Origin: Bdellovibrionales bacterium
GTDB taxonomy: Bacteria; Bdellovibrionota_C; UBA2361; SZUA-149; JAGRAN01
Direction: 5' to 3'
Assembly: GCA_020434585.1 (NCBI GenBank)
Contig: JAGRAN010000043.1
Location: 1,157 to 65,156 of the forward strand
Length of the DNA stretch: 64,000 nt
Positions 18,584-28,843 of this stretch are shown here, in pieces. A program made the translations under genes and the position numbers. Each line of letters begins with the position of its first letter. Position 1 is the stretch's first letter. The notes below the pieces were generated by a model. The model was not told where the DNA came from. It searched no databases and saw nothing but the letters and a program-made list of their open reading frames with translations.

Positions 18584-20839
18584 TTACTTTTCCCCCTTTT
18601 GCAATCGTCGCCGCAAAACTTTCGCTTTCTTTGCGACCTCCGGTGAAAGCGCTCCCGAAGACTCAGCTCGGGTGAGCGCTTCAGATGCACCATCCTTATC
18701 ATTTAACGCAAATTTTATCTCTGCCAGCCGGTAATAGCGTGGTCCGAGTGGGGCCTTACCTCCACTCCCCGCGTCGAGCTTTATCGCCTCGTCCATCAGC
18801 CCGAGCGCCGCACGCGGCTGACCGCGTAAGAAATAAATCCAGGCCAAGGTGTCGGTAATACTACCATCTCGTGGAGCTTCTTCCTTTGCGATCTTGGCAA
18901 AGCGCAGCGCCTCATCCAAATTTCCGTCGAGTTTATCCACCAGTATCCAGGCTAAATTATTGGCGGCCTGTGGATGGCGGGGAGATACCTCCAGCACCTT
19001 GCGGTAGTACTCCGCGGCTGCAGCAAAGTCAGAATGCTTTTGTCGTATTCCGGCAAGTATCATCAGCGAAGGCACGTGAGACGGATGCTTCTCAACCAGC
19101 GCCTTGTAGCCTTGCTCTGCTGAGTCCAAATCTCCTTCAGCCAACAATACGGATGCTAACAAGGCATGCGCTTCAGCCATGTCTGAACGCTCCTGCGCAG
19201 CAAAGCTCAGCAGCTCTTTCACTCGCTCGATATTCTTTTCATTCGCGCGTTCGCGCACCAACAGAGATGCGAGCAGCATACTGTACTCTGGTTTGGAGTT
19301 CGTGCTCGACGCAAGATACTTCTCTAATTCATCGAGCGCCGCCTGAGGACCATTCTTTTGAGACACTATTGCTACAACGCGCTGAGCGGGCAGCAATACC
19401 TTGCGATCAAACTCCAAAGCTTTGCGATAGTTGGAAAGAGCTGACTCATAGTCTCCAGATCTTTCGTCAACTACGCCGAGCTTCACGTATCCCGACGGAT
19501 TATTGGGCGAGCGTTTTACCAACGCCTGATAAATCGATCTTGCTTGTTTAAGATCGCCTTTAATCATCAGAATATCGGCGTTCAATACGTTAGCCGCTTG
19601 CTGCGACGGATATCGTTTCAAGACATGTGAGATATGCTCGGCAGCCGCGCCGTAGTTTTTTGTCGCAAAAGCGTCTCGCGCCAAAGCAATTCTCGCAGCA
19701 ACATCCCCCGGATCAAGCGTCACGGTCTGACTCAAATGTTCAATTCCTTCCGTTCGTCGGCCAAGACGCAGCTCGGTCAGGCCGGCTCGCCTAAACGCCG
19801 GAGCAAAATTGCGCATCAGTTGAATTGCGTCGATATAGTGCTGAAGCGCCGCATTAAATTCGCCGTTCAGTTCATCGTCACGACCGAGGAAATAAGCATG
19901 GGCTCCGTCTGCATCCGGCACCTGCTCCAATTCCTTAGTTAACGCAAACGCCTTGTCTTTCTCACCGCGCAGCACATACAGATCATACAGGCGATCTCGC
20001 GCAAGATGGCGCAGCGGATCGGTCTTTAAGGTCACAATATATTCTTCATACGCGGGCTCAATCATTCCGCGACGCAGAAGAAACTCAGCGTAATACAACC
20101 GCAGCGCGGCAGCATCAGGCTCCTGCGCGACCACTTCCTGAATCAATTCTTGTGCTTCCTCAAACCGACCCTGGGAAACATACAGCATCGCCAGCCCCAT
20201 GCGAATCGTTGAGTTATCAGGCGCGCCAGCAACTGCCTTTAGCAGATTCTCTTCCGCATCCTTCCTGTTACCTGAGGCAATTTGCACATCAGCGAGTTTG
20301 GCCAAGACAATTGCATCAGTATCATCGTCCTCGACCAGCTTGGTTAGAATTTTCAGGGCTGCTTCCAACTTACCGCGGCCTTGGAGAATGCTCGCCTTTA
20401 GCATTTGGCCATCTCTGTCTTGCGGATTGGATTCGAGCAGCTTGCTAAGTTCGCTTTCGGCAAACTCGTATTGGCGTGCTGCAATTAGCATTGAGACTAG
20501 TCGCAGCCGTGCGGTTCTGTTGTTCGGGTCTAAGTCTGTAACCGCTTTGAAGCTCTCGAGCGCTTTGCGATACTGGCGCAACCGAAGCTGCACTTCCGCA
20601 AGTTCTAGAACTACTTCAGGATCATCCGCTTTGACCTCCATCGCCTGCAGAAGTGATATCCTGGCCTCCTCAAGCTGATCCTGCTCCCGATACTCCGCAG
20701 CGCGCTTTTTCAGGCGAGCCAATTTCTCCTCAGGAGTCTCGCTGCAGCCGACAGAGGACAGCAGAAACAATATAAGCATAGATAGCTTGAAGGCTGACGA
20801 CAGACGCATGTAGTTGAGATAGTTTCCCTGCAAAACCAA
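18584..20839 (-). CDS. TPR-repeat lipoprotein (PEP-CTERM-system PrsT-like)
   Basis: 751 aa. Lipobox LLSSVGC. More than 15 tandem TPR units (AxxxYxxALxxxP periodicity). Confidence 0.8.
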   Translation of the reverse strand: MVLQGNYLNYMRLSSAFKLSMLILFLLSSVGCSETPEEKLARLKKRAAEYREQDQLEEARISLLQAMEVKADDPEVVLELAEVQLRLRQYRKALESFKAVTDLDPNNRTARLRLVSMLIAARQYEFAESELSKLLESNPQDRDGQMLKASILQGRGKLEAALKILTKLVEDDDTDAIVLAKLADVQIASGNRKDAEENLLKAVAGAPDNSTIRMGLAMLYVSQGRFEEAQELIQEVVAQEPDAAALRLYYAEFLLRRGMIEPAYEEYIVTLKTDPLRHLARDRLYDLYVLRGEKDKAFALTKELEQVPDADGAHAYFLGRDDELNGEFNAALQHYIDAIQLMRNFAPAFRRAGLTELRLGRRTEGIEHLSQTVTLDPGDVAARIALARDAFATKNYGAAAEHISHVLKRYPSQQAANVLNADILMIKGDLKQARSIYQALVKRSPNNPSGYVKLGVVDERSGDYESALSNYRKALEFDRKVLLPAQRVVAIVSQKNGPQAALDELEKYLASSTNSKPEYSMLLASLLVRERANEKNIERVKELLSFAAQERSDMAEAHALLASVLLAEGDLDSAEQGYKALVEKHPSHVPSLMILAGIRQKHSDFAAAAEYYRKVLEVSPRHPQAANNLAWILVDKLDGNLDEALRFAKIAKEEAPRDGSITDTLAWIYFLRGQPRAALGLMDEAIKLDAGSGGKAPLGPRYYRLAEIKFALNDKDGASEALTRAESSGALSPEVAKKAKVLRRRLQKGEK

Positions 20840-21368
20840 AAAACTTAATACGCCAGCGAGTTTAGACCAATCAGCAGTAATGTGACAGCCGCTTATCGCC
20901 GTTCAGTTCGCTTGACGAACCGTCAACTCCGAGCGAAAAACCAATTCAAAGATACAAGCAGCTGATTGGTTTTGCCTGTCTTACGATTGTGCATTCAGCT
21001 GTTGCCTTCCCGGAGAGCAACATGTGTTCGCTTTGGAGGTGTTAGGCTGCTAATTGCTGTGTAGGCTGCCAGCTGTCTCAATTTGCCGTGCCGCTCCTTG
21101 GCCAAAGAAGTAGTCCGACAGAGCCGCCAAGGGGAATTGACTCTGTATTTCTAGTAGTTTAGCATCAACGCAGATAATTATTGTTCTTTTTAGTAAAAAA
21201 TATGAGCTGGGACTCTAGTATTTCCGACAATTTTCGTTATAATACCGCCTCGCATGCAGCGGTTTGGTAAGGTAGTTTAAGTAAAAACCAGTACTTAACT
21301 TAGATAAAGCACGCAGGCGTTCAGGATCTTGATAACCCTGAAGCGAAATAAATCGAGCAATTAAACGC

Positions 21369-22931
21369 ATGAAATCTCTTAGTTTTTCTAACGCCCCCCA
21401 GAGAAACACCAACGAAGTGCTGGCCCTGGTCGCGCAGGCGATTAAACGGTATTGGCGAATTGCTGTCGGTCCGGCAGTGGTGCTCTGCGGTCTGATCATT
21501 ACATTTAGTATCGCAGTTCCCGATTACTACTCGGCTAGCTCCCTGCTTTACATCCAGCCTCAGCGCGTTCAGACCAAGATTGTTCAGGAGCCGGACGAGC
21601 GTGAGATGCGCTCAAGACTCGATTCAATCGTCCAGGAAATTCTTTCTCGCCCTCGCCTTCGCGCAATCATTGAAAAGTTTGATCTATATCCTTCGCTGCG
21701 CGGCCCCAAGGGCATCGAATCTGCGATCTATACGTTGCGCAAGAAGGTAAACATCACGCCAGTGAAGTCACCCACGGGTCTTGAGCTGCTTCAAACCTTT
21801 CGCTTAACTTTCACCCATGGCAATCCGGAGACCGCTTATCGCGTGACTCAGGCCGTAACAAATTTATTTATCGAAGAAAGCCTTCTCTCTCGAAGGACTG
21901 AGATACAAAGCACTGAAGAGTTTATTGACGCTCAGCTTTACGACGCGCGAAAAAAGCTCGAAGAGACTGAGGCAATGGTTCAGAAGTTTGTCAGCGGCAA
22001 TTTTAAACAGCTGCCTGAGCACCTGAACGCTGCAATCGCCAGGCTTGAGAATCTCCAAGCGCAGCTGACTGCAAACAGCCAAATGATTTCTGCGAATAAT
22101 GTTCGCCGACAAAGTTTGCAAACCGAGCTGGTCACGGCCCGAAGTTCAGGAGCGGGTCTTCCGTCTGCCCGAGAAACTTCTTCCGATCCAAACGAGGCGG
22201 TGGCACAGCTGGAATCTGCACTCGTAGTACTTCAGAGCAAGTACTCGGACGCACACCCCGATGTCATCAAAACCAAGCAGCGCATTAAAGCTCTGAAGGC
22301 CCAGCTTGGCTCAGGTAGTTCCGGCGGAAAAAGCGCCCCCGCAGCTAGTTCGCCGGTAGTGCGCTCGATTCGAAGCCAAATCAATGAAGTGGATGCTCAA
22401 CTGGCGGCACTGCAGAAGGAAAACGCTTCATTGAAGAAATCAATCGAGGTGCTTCAGGTTGATATTCAGGCGATGCCGCTCAAGGAGCAGGAACTGCTGA
22501 AAATCAAACGGGACTACACTAACGTTAAGGCAAACTATGAAAGGCTGCTTGCCGCAAAGGAAGATGCTTCACTTCAGAACAGCCTGATGCAAAGCCAAAA
22601 AGCCTCTCAGTTTAAGATAATTGAGCCGGCCGAACTGCCCGCGTTCCCTGCAGGTCCCAACCGAAAGTTGTTTATGACAGCAGGCATTGCAGTTTCTGGT
22701 ATTCTATTCGTCTCGCTGCTCATGTTGCTCTTTTTCTTAAATGGCGCTTACAAAGATCGTGACGAAATGGAGTCCGAAACTGGATTACCGGTTCTCGGAC
22801 TTATTCCACCGATGACAACACCTGAAACCGTTGCTTACCAAAAGCGTTTGACCTCAGTTTCCGTATTTGCGTCAGCGCTGTCTCTGGCAAGTGGAAGTTT
22901 GTTGATAGTTTTCTTAATTAACAGAGTGTAG
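21369..22931 (+). CDS. Polysaccharide chain-length determinant / co-polymerase (Wzz/GumC-like, PEP-CTERM-locus type)
   Basis: 520 aa. N-terminal and C-terminal TM helices flank a long coiled-coil periplasmic region. Confidence 0.75.
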   Translation: MKSLSFSNAPQRNTNEVLALVAQAIKRYWRIAVGPAVVLCGLIITFSIAVPDYYSASSLLYIQPQRVQTKIVQEPDEREMRSRLDSIVQEILSRPRLRAIIEKFDLYPSLRGPKGIESAIYTLRKKVNITPVKSPTGLELLQTFRLTFTHGNPETAYRVTQAVTNLFIEESLLSRRTEIQSTEEFIDAQLYDARKKLEETEAMVQKFVSGNFKQLPEHLNAAIARLENLQAQLTANSQMISANNVRRQSLQTELVTARSSGAGLPSARETSSDPNEAVAQLESALVVLQSKYSDAHPDVIKTKQRIKALKAQLGSGSSGGKSAPAASSPVVRSIRSQINEVDAQLAALQKENASLKKSIEVLQVDIQAMPLKEQELLKIKRDYTNVKANYERLLAAKEDASLQNSLMQSQKASQFKIIEPAELPAFPAGPNRKLFMTAGIAVSGILFVSLLMLLFFLNGAYKDRDEMESETGLPVLGLIPPMTTPETVAYQKRLTSVSVFASALSLASGSLLIVFLINRV

Positions 22932-22941
22932 TGAGGGACCC

Positions 22942-23805
22942 TTGGAAGAAGCAATGAAGCCGCAAGCTAAAGTAATTAAGCTAAGCGAACCCGATACCGA
23001 TCGTAATCGGCTCAAAAAGGAAAACACGCTCTACCAAGGCAGCATCCTTCTCGCTGACGGCGAGGTTGAGTCCCCGGCCGCTGCGGAGCGCTTCCGAATA
23101 TTGCGCGCCAAGATCGAACGATTAAATCTGCGTCGAGAAAACAATTACCATGTCTTGGCGGTAACAAGCGCTGTCGCCCAAGAAGGTAAAAGCGTTACTT
23201 CAGTTAACTTAGCGCGAGCTCTCAGTATCGACCCGGCAGGGAAAACTCTGCTGATCGACTGCGACTTACGCCGCCCTACTGTCCATAAGTTCTTTGGACT
23301 GGAACAGGAACAGGGGCTGAGCGATGCCATCGCAGGTGAAGCAGGTATTTTTGATGTAATTAAGCCGGTGACGCCCCGTTTGGACATTATTACGGCGGGA
23401 ACACCTATTTCCGACCCACCGCAGGCGATTGAGCGCCCTGACATTCCGCGATTTTTACACCTGCTGCGAAGCAAGTACAGGTATATCGTTGTTGACTGCC
23501 CGCCTGCTCTGCTATGCTCTGAGCCAATACGGCTAAGTTCAATCGTGGATGCGACTTTGCTGGTAGTCAGGGCGTGGCGCACTGAGAAGCGCCTCGTTAA
23601 GGATGCCGTGGAAGTCATTGGGGAATCGAAGATTCTCGGAGTCGTGATGAACGACGCTGTTGACGCATCGAAGCCATATCTGGACTACGGATATTACGGC
23701 TATCGACCGCGTCGTGTGGACGGTGCACTAGACTTTGAATTTAACAATGACAATCAAGACTCAGCTCCAATACAACAAAGCGCGGCCAACGGAGGAGCAG
23801 ATTAG
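22942..23805 (+). CDS. BY-kinase-type (CpsD/EpsG-like) P-loop ATPase, exopolysaccharide tyrosine autokinase
   Basis: Walker-A-like VTSAVAQEGKSVTS. ParA/MinD fold. C-terminal tyrosine cluster YLDYGYYGYRP. Confidence 0.7.
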   Translation: MEEAMKPQAKVIKLSEPDTDRNRLKKENTLYQGSILLADGEVESPAAAERFRILRAKIERLNLRRENNYHVLAVTSAVAQEGKSVTSVNLARALSIDPAGKTLLIDCDLRRPTVHKFFGLEQEQGLSDAIAGEAGIFDVIKPVTPRLDIITAGTPISDPPQAIERPDIPRFLHLLRSKYRYIVVDCPPALLCSEPIRLSSIVDATLLVVRAWRTEKRLVKDAVEVIGESKILGVVMNDAVDASKPYLDYGYYGYRPRRVDGALDFEFNNDNQDSAPIQQSAANGGAD

Positions 23806-24412
23806 GGGAGCGCGGCTTGTTCGCCTTCTGCTGCTGTTAATTAGCGGCTCGACGCTGCTGCTTTCCGGCTGTCGATTCACTTCCCCCAGTGTTGAAGAGC
23901 AAGAGGTATTGGCGCAAAAAGGCGCCTTTGCCGGCGGCGCACCCGCCTGGTCGTCGATGTCAAATATTGGCCGCTCGAAAAACGAACTTATCCCGACAGA
24001 GTACGGCACTCGCTCAATCAACGACAGCACCGACAGAACTTTTTCCGCATCGCGCAACGAACGCTTCGAACAGCGTGCGAAGCTTGATGAACTAATGAAG
24101 GAAGAAGACACAGGCGCAATCGAAGACGTTAGGGACAGTTCTCCTATCGCACGCATTACTGCCCTTTGCCCCTCAGCGGAACAACCCGTCACTGAAGCAA
24201 TAACAACAACCGATCGTGACGCAAGAATTCAAAAATACCGACGCCTAACACGAAGCTGTCCCAACAGCGCAGATTTGTGGCTGTGGCTTGGTCGAGACTA
24301 TAAGGACGCGGGCAGAGCATCCGAAGCTAGACAAGCACTTGAGCAGGCTGCCTATCTAGACCCCAACAACGCTGAAGTTAAGCAACTCCTGAGCGAAGTC
24401 GGTACGGAATAG
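23735..24412 (+). CDS. Putative lipoprotein with C-terminal TPR-like helices
   Basis: Track start is TTG at 23735; an ATG lies at 23747. Lipobox LLLSGC. C-terminus is TPR-like (ALEQAAYLDPNNAEV). It overlaps the preceding gene by about 70 nt, so the start is uncertain. Confidence 0.5.
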   Translation: MNLTMTIKTQLQYNKARPTEEQIRGARLVRLLLLLISGSTLLLSGCRFTSPSVEEQEVLAQKGAFAGGAPAWSSMSNIGRSKNELIPTEYGTRSINDSTDRTFSASRNERFEQRAKLDELMKEEDTGAIEDVRDSSPIARITALCPSAEQPVTEAITTTDRDARIQKYRRLTRSCPNSADLWLWLGRDYKDAGRASEARQALEQAAYLDPNNAEVKQLLSEVGTE

Positions 24413-24422
24413 GTCGCGAGAC

Positions 24423-25571
24423 TTAGGCCTTCGTAGGCTCCCAGGTTACCATTCGCTTTCCACGGACCAGGTCGATCCAGGCGTGAACAATCGCTACATT
24501 GCTAAGAGCAAAAAACAGCGCGACGCGACATAAGATGTTTTCGTGCGCGGCTGGAAGATACCAGGCAAACCCGGCGGCCAGCAAAAATAAATAGACGCCG
24601 ACCAAGCCTAGGCTAAAAGTCATAACGCTTTCTGTCGATACCAGCAGCACTGCAACTCCAGCTATCAGGAAGAAGGGAATTAGCCAGCGGCAAAGCTTAT
24701 GGCTGAAAAATTGAAAGCTAAAAAACCCATATTTCAGCGGAACCAATAACGTCCAATAACTAAAGAAGCACGTTAACCCTCTAAGCACAGTTCTAACTTT
24801 GCGGCTGTACTCTTTCGACGTGTCTTTCTGCACTCCATAAGTGCAGGGGATATCTCTTGCTAAAACACTGCGATAACCCGCACGGACTGTATTCAGCGCA
24901 GTAAAAAAGTCGCTTGGAATATCTTCGTGCCAGTTGTCACAGACACTTCGTCGCGCCGCAAAACAAGAACCGCTAAGTCCGACAAGTGAGCATACCCGCG
25001 ACTCGAGTGCGCGCAGCCACATTTCATAACGAACGTAAAGCGCCTCGCCGCTCAAACCTTCCGGAATTGCATCGATGCTGCTAACGGCCCCAATTTTCGG
25101 GTCCTTAAAGTAGGCCAAAAAATTAGACAAGGATTCGGGCTCGAGCTGTGCCCTAACGTCAGTAAAAACTATAATCTCGCCGTCGGTATTCTCGATTGCT
25201 ACCTGCTGACCGCTCTCCTTGCCGGCCCGATCCTCGAGACGAATCAAGCGCACATCCATATTTTGATATTCACGAACGATATCATCTGTTCCATCAGTGC
25301 TCTCATCCGAAACAATGACAATCTCAACAGAGCGGGCGTCCTGCTGGTTAATTGCCAGAGTGTTCACTATTTTCTCGCGAATGAAATGTTCGGAATTTCG
25401 CGCAGGAATAATAAAAGTGACGCTTGGACGCTCGCAATTCTCGTCAGGCTTGACTTTTCGCCTAATCACAAGCGAAAGCACCAGCATCAGCAGCGGATAA
25501 CCCACATAGGTGTAGGCAACAAAACCTAAACAGCTGGTTACAAAAATATTGTCTGGAAACATTGCGTTCAC
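24423..25571 (-). CDS. Glycosyltransferase family 2 (membrane, with terminal TM segments)
   Basis: GT2 DxD region (IVIVSDESTDGTDD). Confidence 0.8.
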   Translation of the reverse strand: MNAMFPDNIFVTSCLGFVAYTYVGYPLLMLVLSLVIRRKVKPDENCERPSVTFIIPARNSEHFIREKIVNTLAINQQDARSVEIVIVSDESTDGTDDIVREYQNMDVRLIRLEDRAGKESGQQVAIENTDGEIIVFTDVRAQLEPESLSNFLAYFKDPKIGAVSSIDAIPEGLSGEALYVRYEMWLRALESRVCSLVGLSGSCFAARRSVCDNWHEDIPSDFFTALNTVRAGYRSVLARDIPCTYGVQKDTSKEYSRKVRTVLRGLTCFFSYWTLLVPLKYGFFSFQFFSHKLCRWLIPFFLIAGVAVLLVSTESVMTFSLGLVGVYLFLLAAGFAWYLPAAHENILCRVALFFALSNVAIVHAWIDLVRGKRMVTWEPTKA

Positions 25572-26866
25572 GACTCGCTCAATACATCCCGGACGATAGC
25601 CCGTCCGCTCTCGATATCATCCTCAGATACATACTGATGAACGGGCAAGGTCACAATCCTTCGGGCAACTTCTTTAGCGGCAGCGCAGTCACCTTCGTCA
25701 ATATACGGCCGCAGTTCGGGAAAGTCGGTTAGTGCCCTGTCATAAGACGCACTCGCCCCTAGTCCGGATTCCTCCATCAACTCAAGCAGTTCCGTGCGCT
25801 GCTCAGGAGAATTGAGGATAATTGGATATCTCGTCGGGATCACACTGCCGTCAAACTTGCAGCCTCGCTCCATGAATGGTTCAAGCAGGTCTAAATCCTC
25901 GAGCCGTTCATGCCACCGCCGGGCGTTAGCCAGGTTTCTTCTAGTAATCTCCTGCGCGATACACAACTGCGCTACGGCAGCACTCAGCATTGGCTCGGTT
26001 AGCAATGCATCCGAGAATGATAAGTCGCAATTAGTTTCCCCCAGTCCCAGTCCTGGAATTGAAGTTACTTTGCTGTACCACTTCGGCTTCTCTAAAGTAG
26101 GCAGAAGCGATAGCAACAATCTGCCCTTAAGCGATCCAAAGGGAGACGAGTGAATCTGTCTTGCGCGCTGAATTTCGCGCACGATTCCCCGAATCGAAGA
26201 TGCGTCTAGAATTTGATGGTCGGATTCATTTTCCGAACGTACCAGCACACCTCCTCCACCAATACCGCAGAGTGCCTTCCCGCGCCCGAAACTGACGATA
26301 CCGAATTGAGTTCGCGCTCCGACTGAATAATCACCTGAGGCGGAAAGTATTGCCTGGCAAGCATCGTCAACAACGAATCTTGTGCTGTCGTTCCAGATGT
26401 CCACCCTGTCGGGCAGGCCATACAAATTGGAGAGAACGACTAGTTCCGGACTGCCTGACGGAGAGAGCAGCAGCATGTCTAGGGTGTCGGGGCGAACGTC
26501 CGCCACGCGAAGGCGAAGACCACCGCGCACAATTGCCGCGGCTACGTCCGGACATGTGTACGCCGCAACGACGGCATGCTTGCACCCAAATCGCTCTTTG
26601 AGCTGCCCGCACAGCGCCGCCAGCGCTTCCTTCCCGCTACCAAAGCAAACAACCCGATCCAGCCCGAGAGCCTGGCTGATTAGCCTCTCGGCTGCCTTAA
26701 GCATTAAACGGTATTTACCACTGGCGTCAGCATCGCCGTCTCTGCCATGCTCCCCTGACGCCTGCTTTATCAGGAGACGTGCATGCTTGAGCTCGGCCGA
26801 ACCGGGGAAATTCCCAGCCGGGGCAAGCATCCTAGACGGCTTTGGGCGTGAGTCTGTTCGTGCCAT
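25568..26866 (-). CDS. DegT/DnrJ/EryC1/StrS-family PLP-dependent sugar aminotransferase
   Basis: Fold-type I aminotransferase pattern. C-terminal LPVHQYVSEDDIE is typical of DegT. Stop overlaps the GT2 start. Confidence 0.7.
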   Translation of the reverse strand: MARTDSRPKPSRMLAPAGNFPGSAELKHARLLIKQASGEHGRDGDADASGKYRLMLKAAERLISQALGLDRVVCFGSGKEALAALCGQLKERFGCKHAVVAAYTCPDVAAAIVRGGLRLRVADVRPDTLDMLLLSPSGSPELVVLSNLYGLPDRVDIWNDSTRFVVDDACQAILSASGDYSVGARTQFGIVSFGRGKALCGIGGGGVLVRSENESDHQILDASSIRGIVREIQRARQIHSSPFGSLKGRLLLSLLPTLEKPKWYSKVTSIPGLGLGETNCDLSFSDALLTEPMLSAAVAQLCIAQEITRRNLANARRWHERLEDLDLLEPFMERGCKFDGSVIPTRYPIILNSPEQRTELLELMEESGLGASASYDRALTDFPELRPYIDEGDCAAAKEVARRIVTLPVHQYVSEDDIESGRAIVRDVLSES

Positions 26867-26876
26867 AATCCAGGTT

Positions 26877-27752
26877 ATGCTAAACGCAATATCAGTCGAC
26901 GTCGAGGAGTACTTTCACGCAACTAATCTTGACCCTTACGTGGGAAGATCTCGTTGGAATGAGATGAGCACCCGCGCACCGGAATCGATTAACGCAACTT
27001 TGGAAGTATTTGAAAAAACAGGCACGCTTGGCACTTTCTTCGTGCTAGGAGATTTCGCACGCCGTAACCCCCAACAAGTAAAGCGCCTTGCCGAAGCCGG
27101 TCACGAGATCGCCTCTCATGGTTTCAATCATCAGCTTGCGTATCTGCTTTCGCCTGAAGATTTCTATGAAGATATCAGAAGCGCTAAACAACTGTTGGAA
27201 GACATTTGCGGAACTGAAGTCACCGGCTACCGTGCGCCAAATTTTTCTATCACCGAAAAAAACCCCTGGGCATACGACAAGCTCGTCGAAGCAGGCTACA
27301 CATATGACTCGAGCGTGTATCCGGTGTGGCACCCTCGCTACACAAATCTAGACAAACCAAGAGTCATAACCGTGCGACCGACAAATGGCGGAGAACTTCT
27401 GATAGTCCCGCTTGCTGCCAGCGAACTATCACTCTTAGGAAAGAAGCTTCGGCTGCCGGTAGCTGGAGGTGCCTACTGGCGCCTTTTCCCAGAATTTTTC
27501 ATTCGTTGGGGCTTGTCACGGATTAACGCGCGGGACCATATCCCTTTTTGCTGCTATATACACCCCTGGGAACTCGACCCGGGACAGCCGCGGTTCGAAG
27601 AAATGCCCGCCCTGACGAAGCTGCGCCACTACGGGGGCATTGCTGATTTTAGCAGTCGCGTCGAGCGCTATCTTCGAGCGTTTGAGTTTTCAACAATCCA
27701 AAAACTAATTGAAGAGTGGAGAAGCGGGCAAGGGTCTGCAACTGAGAAATGA
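26877..27752 (+). CDS. Polysaccharide deacetylase, PEP-CTERM-locus subfamily
   Basis: Start reassigned to ATG 26877 (MLNAISVDVEEYFH...). NodB motifs (DVEEYFH, HGFNH). The track's 165-aa N-terminal extension (26382..26876) is antisense to the DegT gene and is rejected. Confidence 0.8.
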   Translation: MLNAISVDVEEYFHATNLDPYVGRSRWNEMSTRAPESINATLEVFEKTGTLGTFFVLGDFARRNPQQVKRLAEAGHEIASHGFNHQLAYLLSPEDFYEDIRSAKQLLEDICGTEVTGYRAPNFSITEKNPWAYDKLVEAGYTYDSSVYPVWHPRYTNLDKPRVITVRPTNGGELLIVPLAASELSLLGKKLRLPVAGGAYWRLFPEFFIRWGLSRINARDHIPFCCYIHPWELDPGQPRFEEMPALTKLRHYGGIADFSSRVERYLRAFEFSTIQKLIEEWRSGQGSATEK

Positions 27753-28807
27753 CTTGTAGTGTGCGCGTTGCAAGTGACGCCGACAGACAAAGCTGGGATG
27801 ATTTTCATCGCAGCGCAGCAACCTTGCATCACGCGTTCGACTGGGGTTGGCGCTCGATTATCCGCGACACTTTCGGACACAAACCGCTGTATTTCATCGC
27901 CACGGATGACTCTGGACAAGTCCAAGCAGCAGCGCCCGTGTTCCACGTAAAAAGTTTTCTGTTTGGCAGCGCATTGATTTCGGTGCCCTACCTTAATGCG
28001 GGAGGCATCATTTCGAAAACGGACGACGCAGCCGAAGCGGTCGAACGAGCGATTGATGAGAAGGCCAAGGAGCTCGGCGTCGACTATGTAGAGCTGCGCT
28101 GCCGCAAGGTAGAACCGCTGCTCGAGGGCCGCTACTCGCCGCGCTCGCACAAAGTCGCAATGGAACTCCAATTAACAGCTGATCCGGAAGAGCAGTTCAA
28201 AACCTTCCCCGCAAAATTGAGAAGCCAAATTCGCCGACCAACAAAAAGCGGACTGTACGTGAAAGTTGCGCCGGCGGATCAAAACTACTCCGAAGATTTT
28301 AAGGGATTCTACTCTGTCTTCGCGGAAAACATGCGCGATTTAGGCACACCGGTTTACCCCAAATCGCTTTTCAGTAGGACCCTTAAGCATTTTGGCAAGC
28401 GGGCGCAAATCATTACTGTTTGGCAGGAACAGCGACCGCTTGCTGCGGGAATCACCTTGCAGGATCGCGGCCACGTTGAAATTCCGTGGGCCTCATCTCT
28501 CAGGAAAGCAAATAAACTTTCGCCGAATATGCTGCTCTACTGGGAATCGATTAAGGCGGCGTGCCAAGCCGGGGCAGATGTATTTGACTTCGGCCGCAGT
28601 TCTCCAGACTCAGGCACTTTCAGATTTAAGAAGCAGTGGGGAGCAGAGCCAGTGGAGCTGTGCTGGTATTACCATCAGGAAATGAAAAAAATACCTGATA
28701 TCAATCCCAATAATCCCCGCTTCAATGCAGTCGTTGCATGCTGGAAAAGGCTTCCAATCCCCGTAGCAAACGCAATTGGACCATGGATTACCAAAGCTAT
28801 TCCTTAG
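27749..28807 (+). CDS. FemAB-family / GNAT-fold protein, PEP-CTERM-system-associated type
   Basis: 352 aa. Overlaps the deacetylase stop by 4 nt. This gene pair is typical of exosortase-associated EPS loci. Confidence 0.65.
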   Translation: MTCSVRVASDADRQSWDDFHRSAATLHHAFDWGWRSIIRDTFGHKPLYFIATDDSGQVQAAAPVFHVKSFLFGSALISVPYLNAGGIISKTDDAAEAVERAIDEKAKELGVDYVELRCRKVEPLLEGRYSPRSHKVAMELQLTADPEEQFKTFPAKLRSQIRRPTKSGLYVKVAPADQNYSEDFKGFYSVFAENMRDLGTPVYPKSLFSRTLKHFGKRAQIITVWQEQRPLAAGITLQDRGHVEIPWASSLRKANKLSPNMLLYWESIKAACQAGADVFDFGRSSPDSGTFRFKKQWGAEPVELCWYYHQEMKKIPDINPNNPRFNAVVACWKRLPIPVANAIGPWITKAIP

Positions 28808-28843
28808 CTGGCTGTTTGGGTTGCGATTCGATAATATACCGGC

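Noticed and set aside
18871-20678. Plus-strand ORFs of 226, 102, 98 and 159 aa inside the TPR lipoprotein gene
   Set aside because: They are antisense to a gene whose frame is supported by regular TPR periodicity. They are Ser/Arg-rich and low-complexity.
21215-21499. 94-aa minus-strand ORF in the EPS divergent region
   Set aside because: It spans the intergenic region and the start of the Wzz-like gene. It has no RBS or motif, so it is likely spurious.
26382-26876. 165-aa N-terminal extension of the polysaccharide deacetylase ORF
   Set aside because: It lies antisense within the DegT aminotransferase gene. It is Arg/Ser/Pro-rich and unlike NodB proteins. The conserved deacetylase sequence starts at Met 26877.
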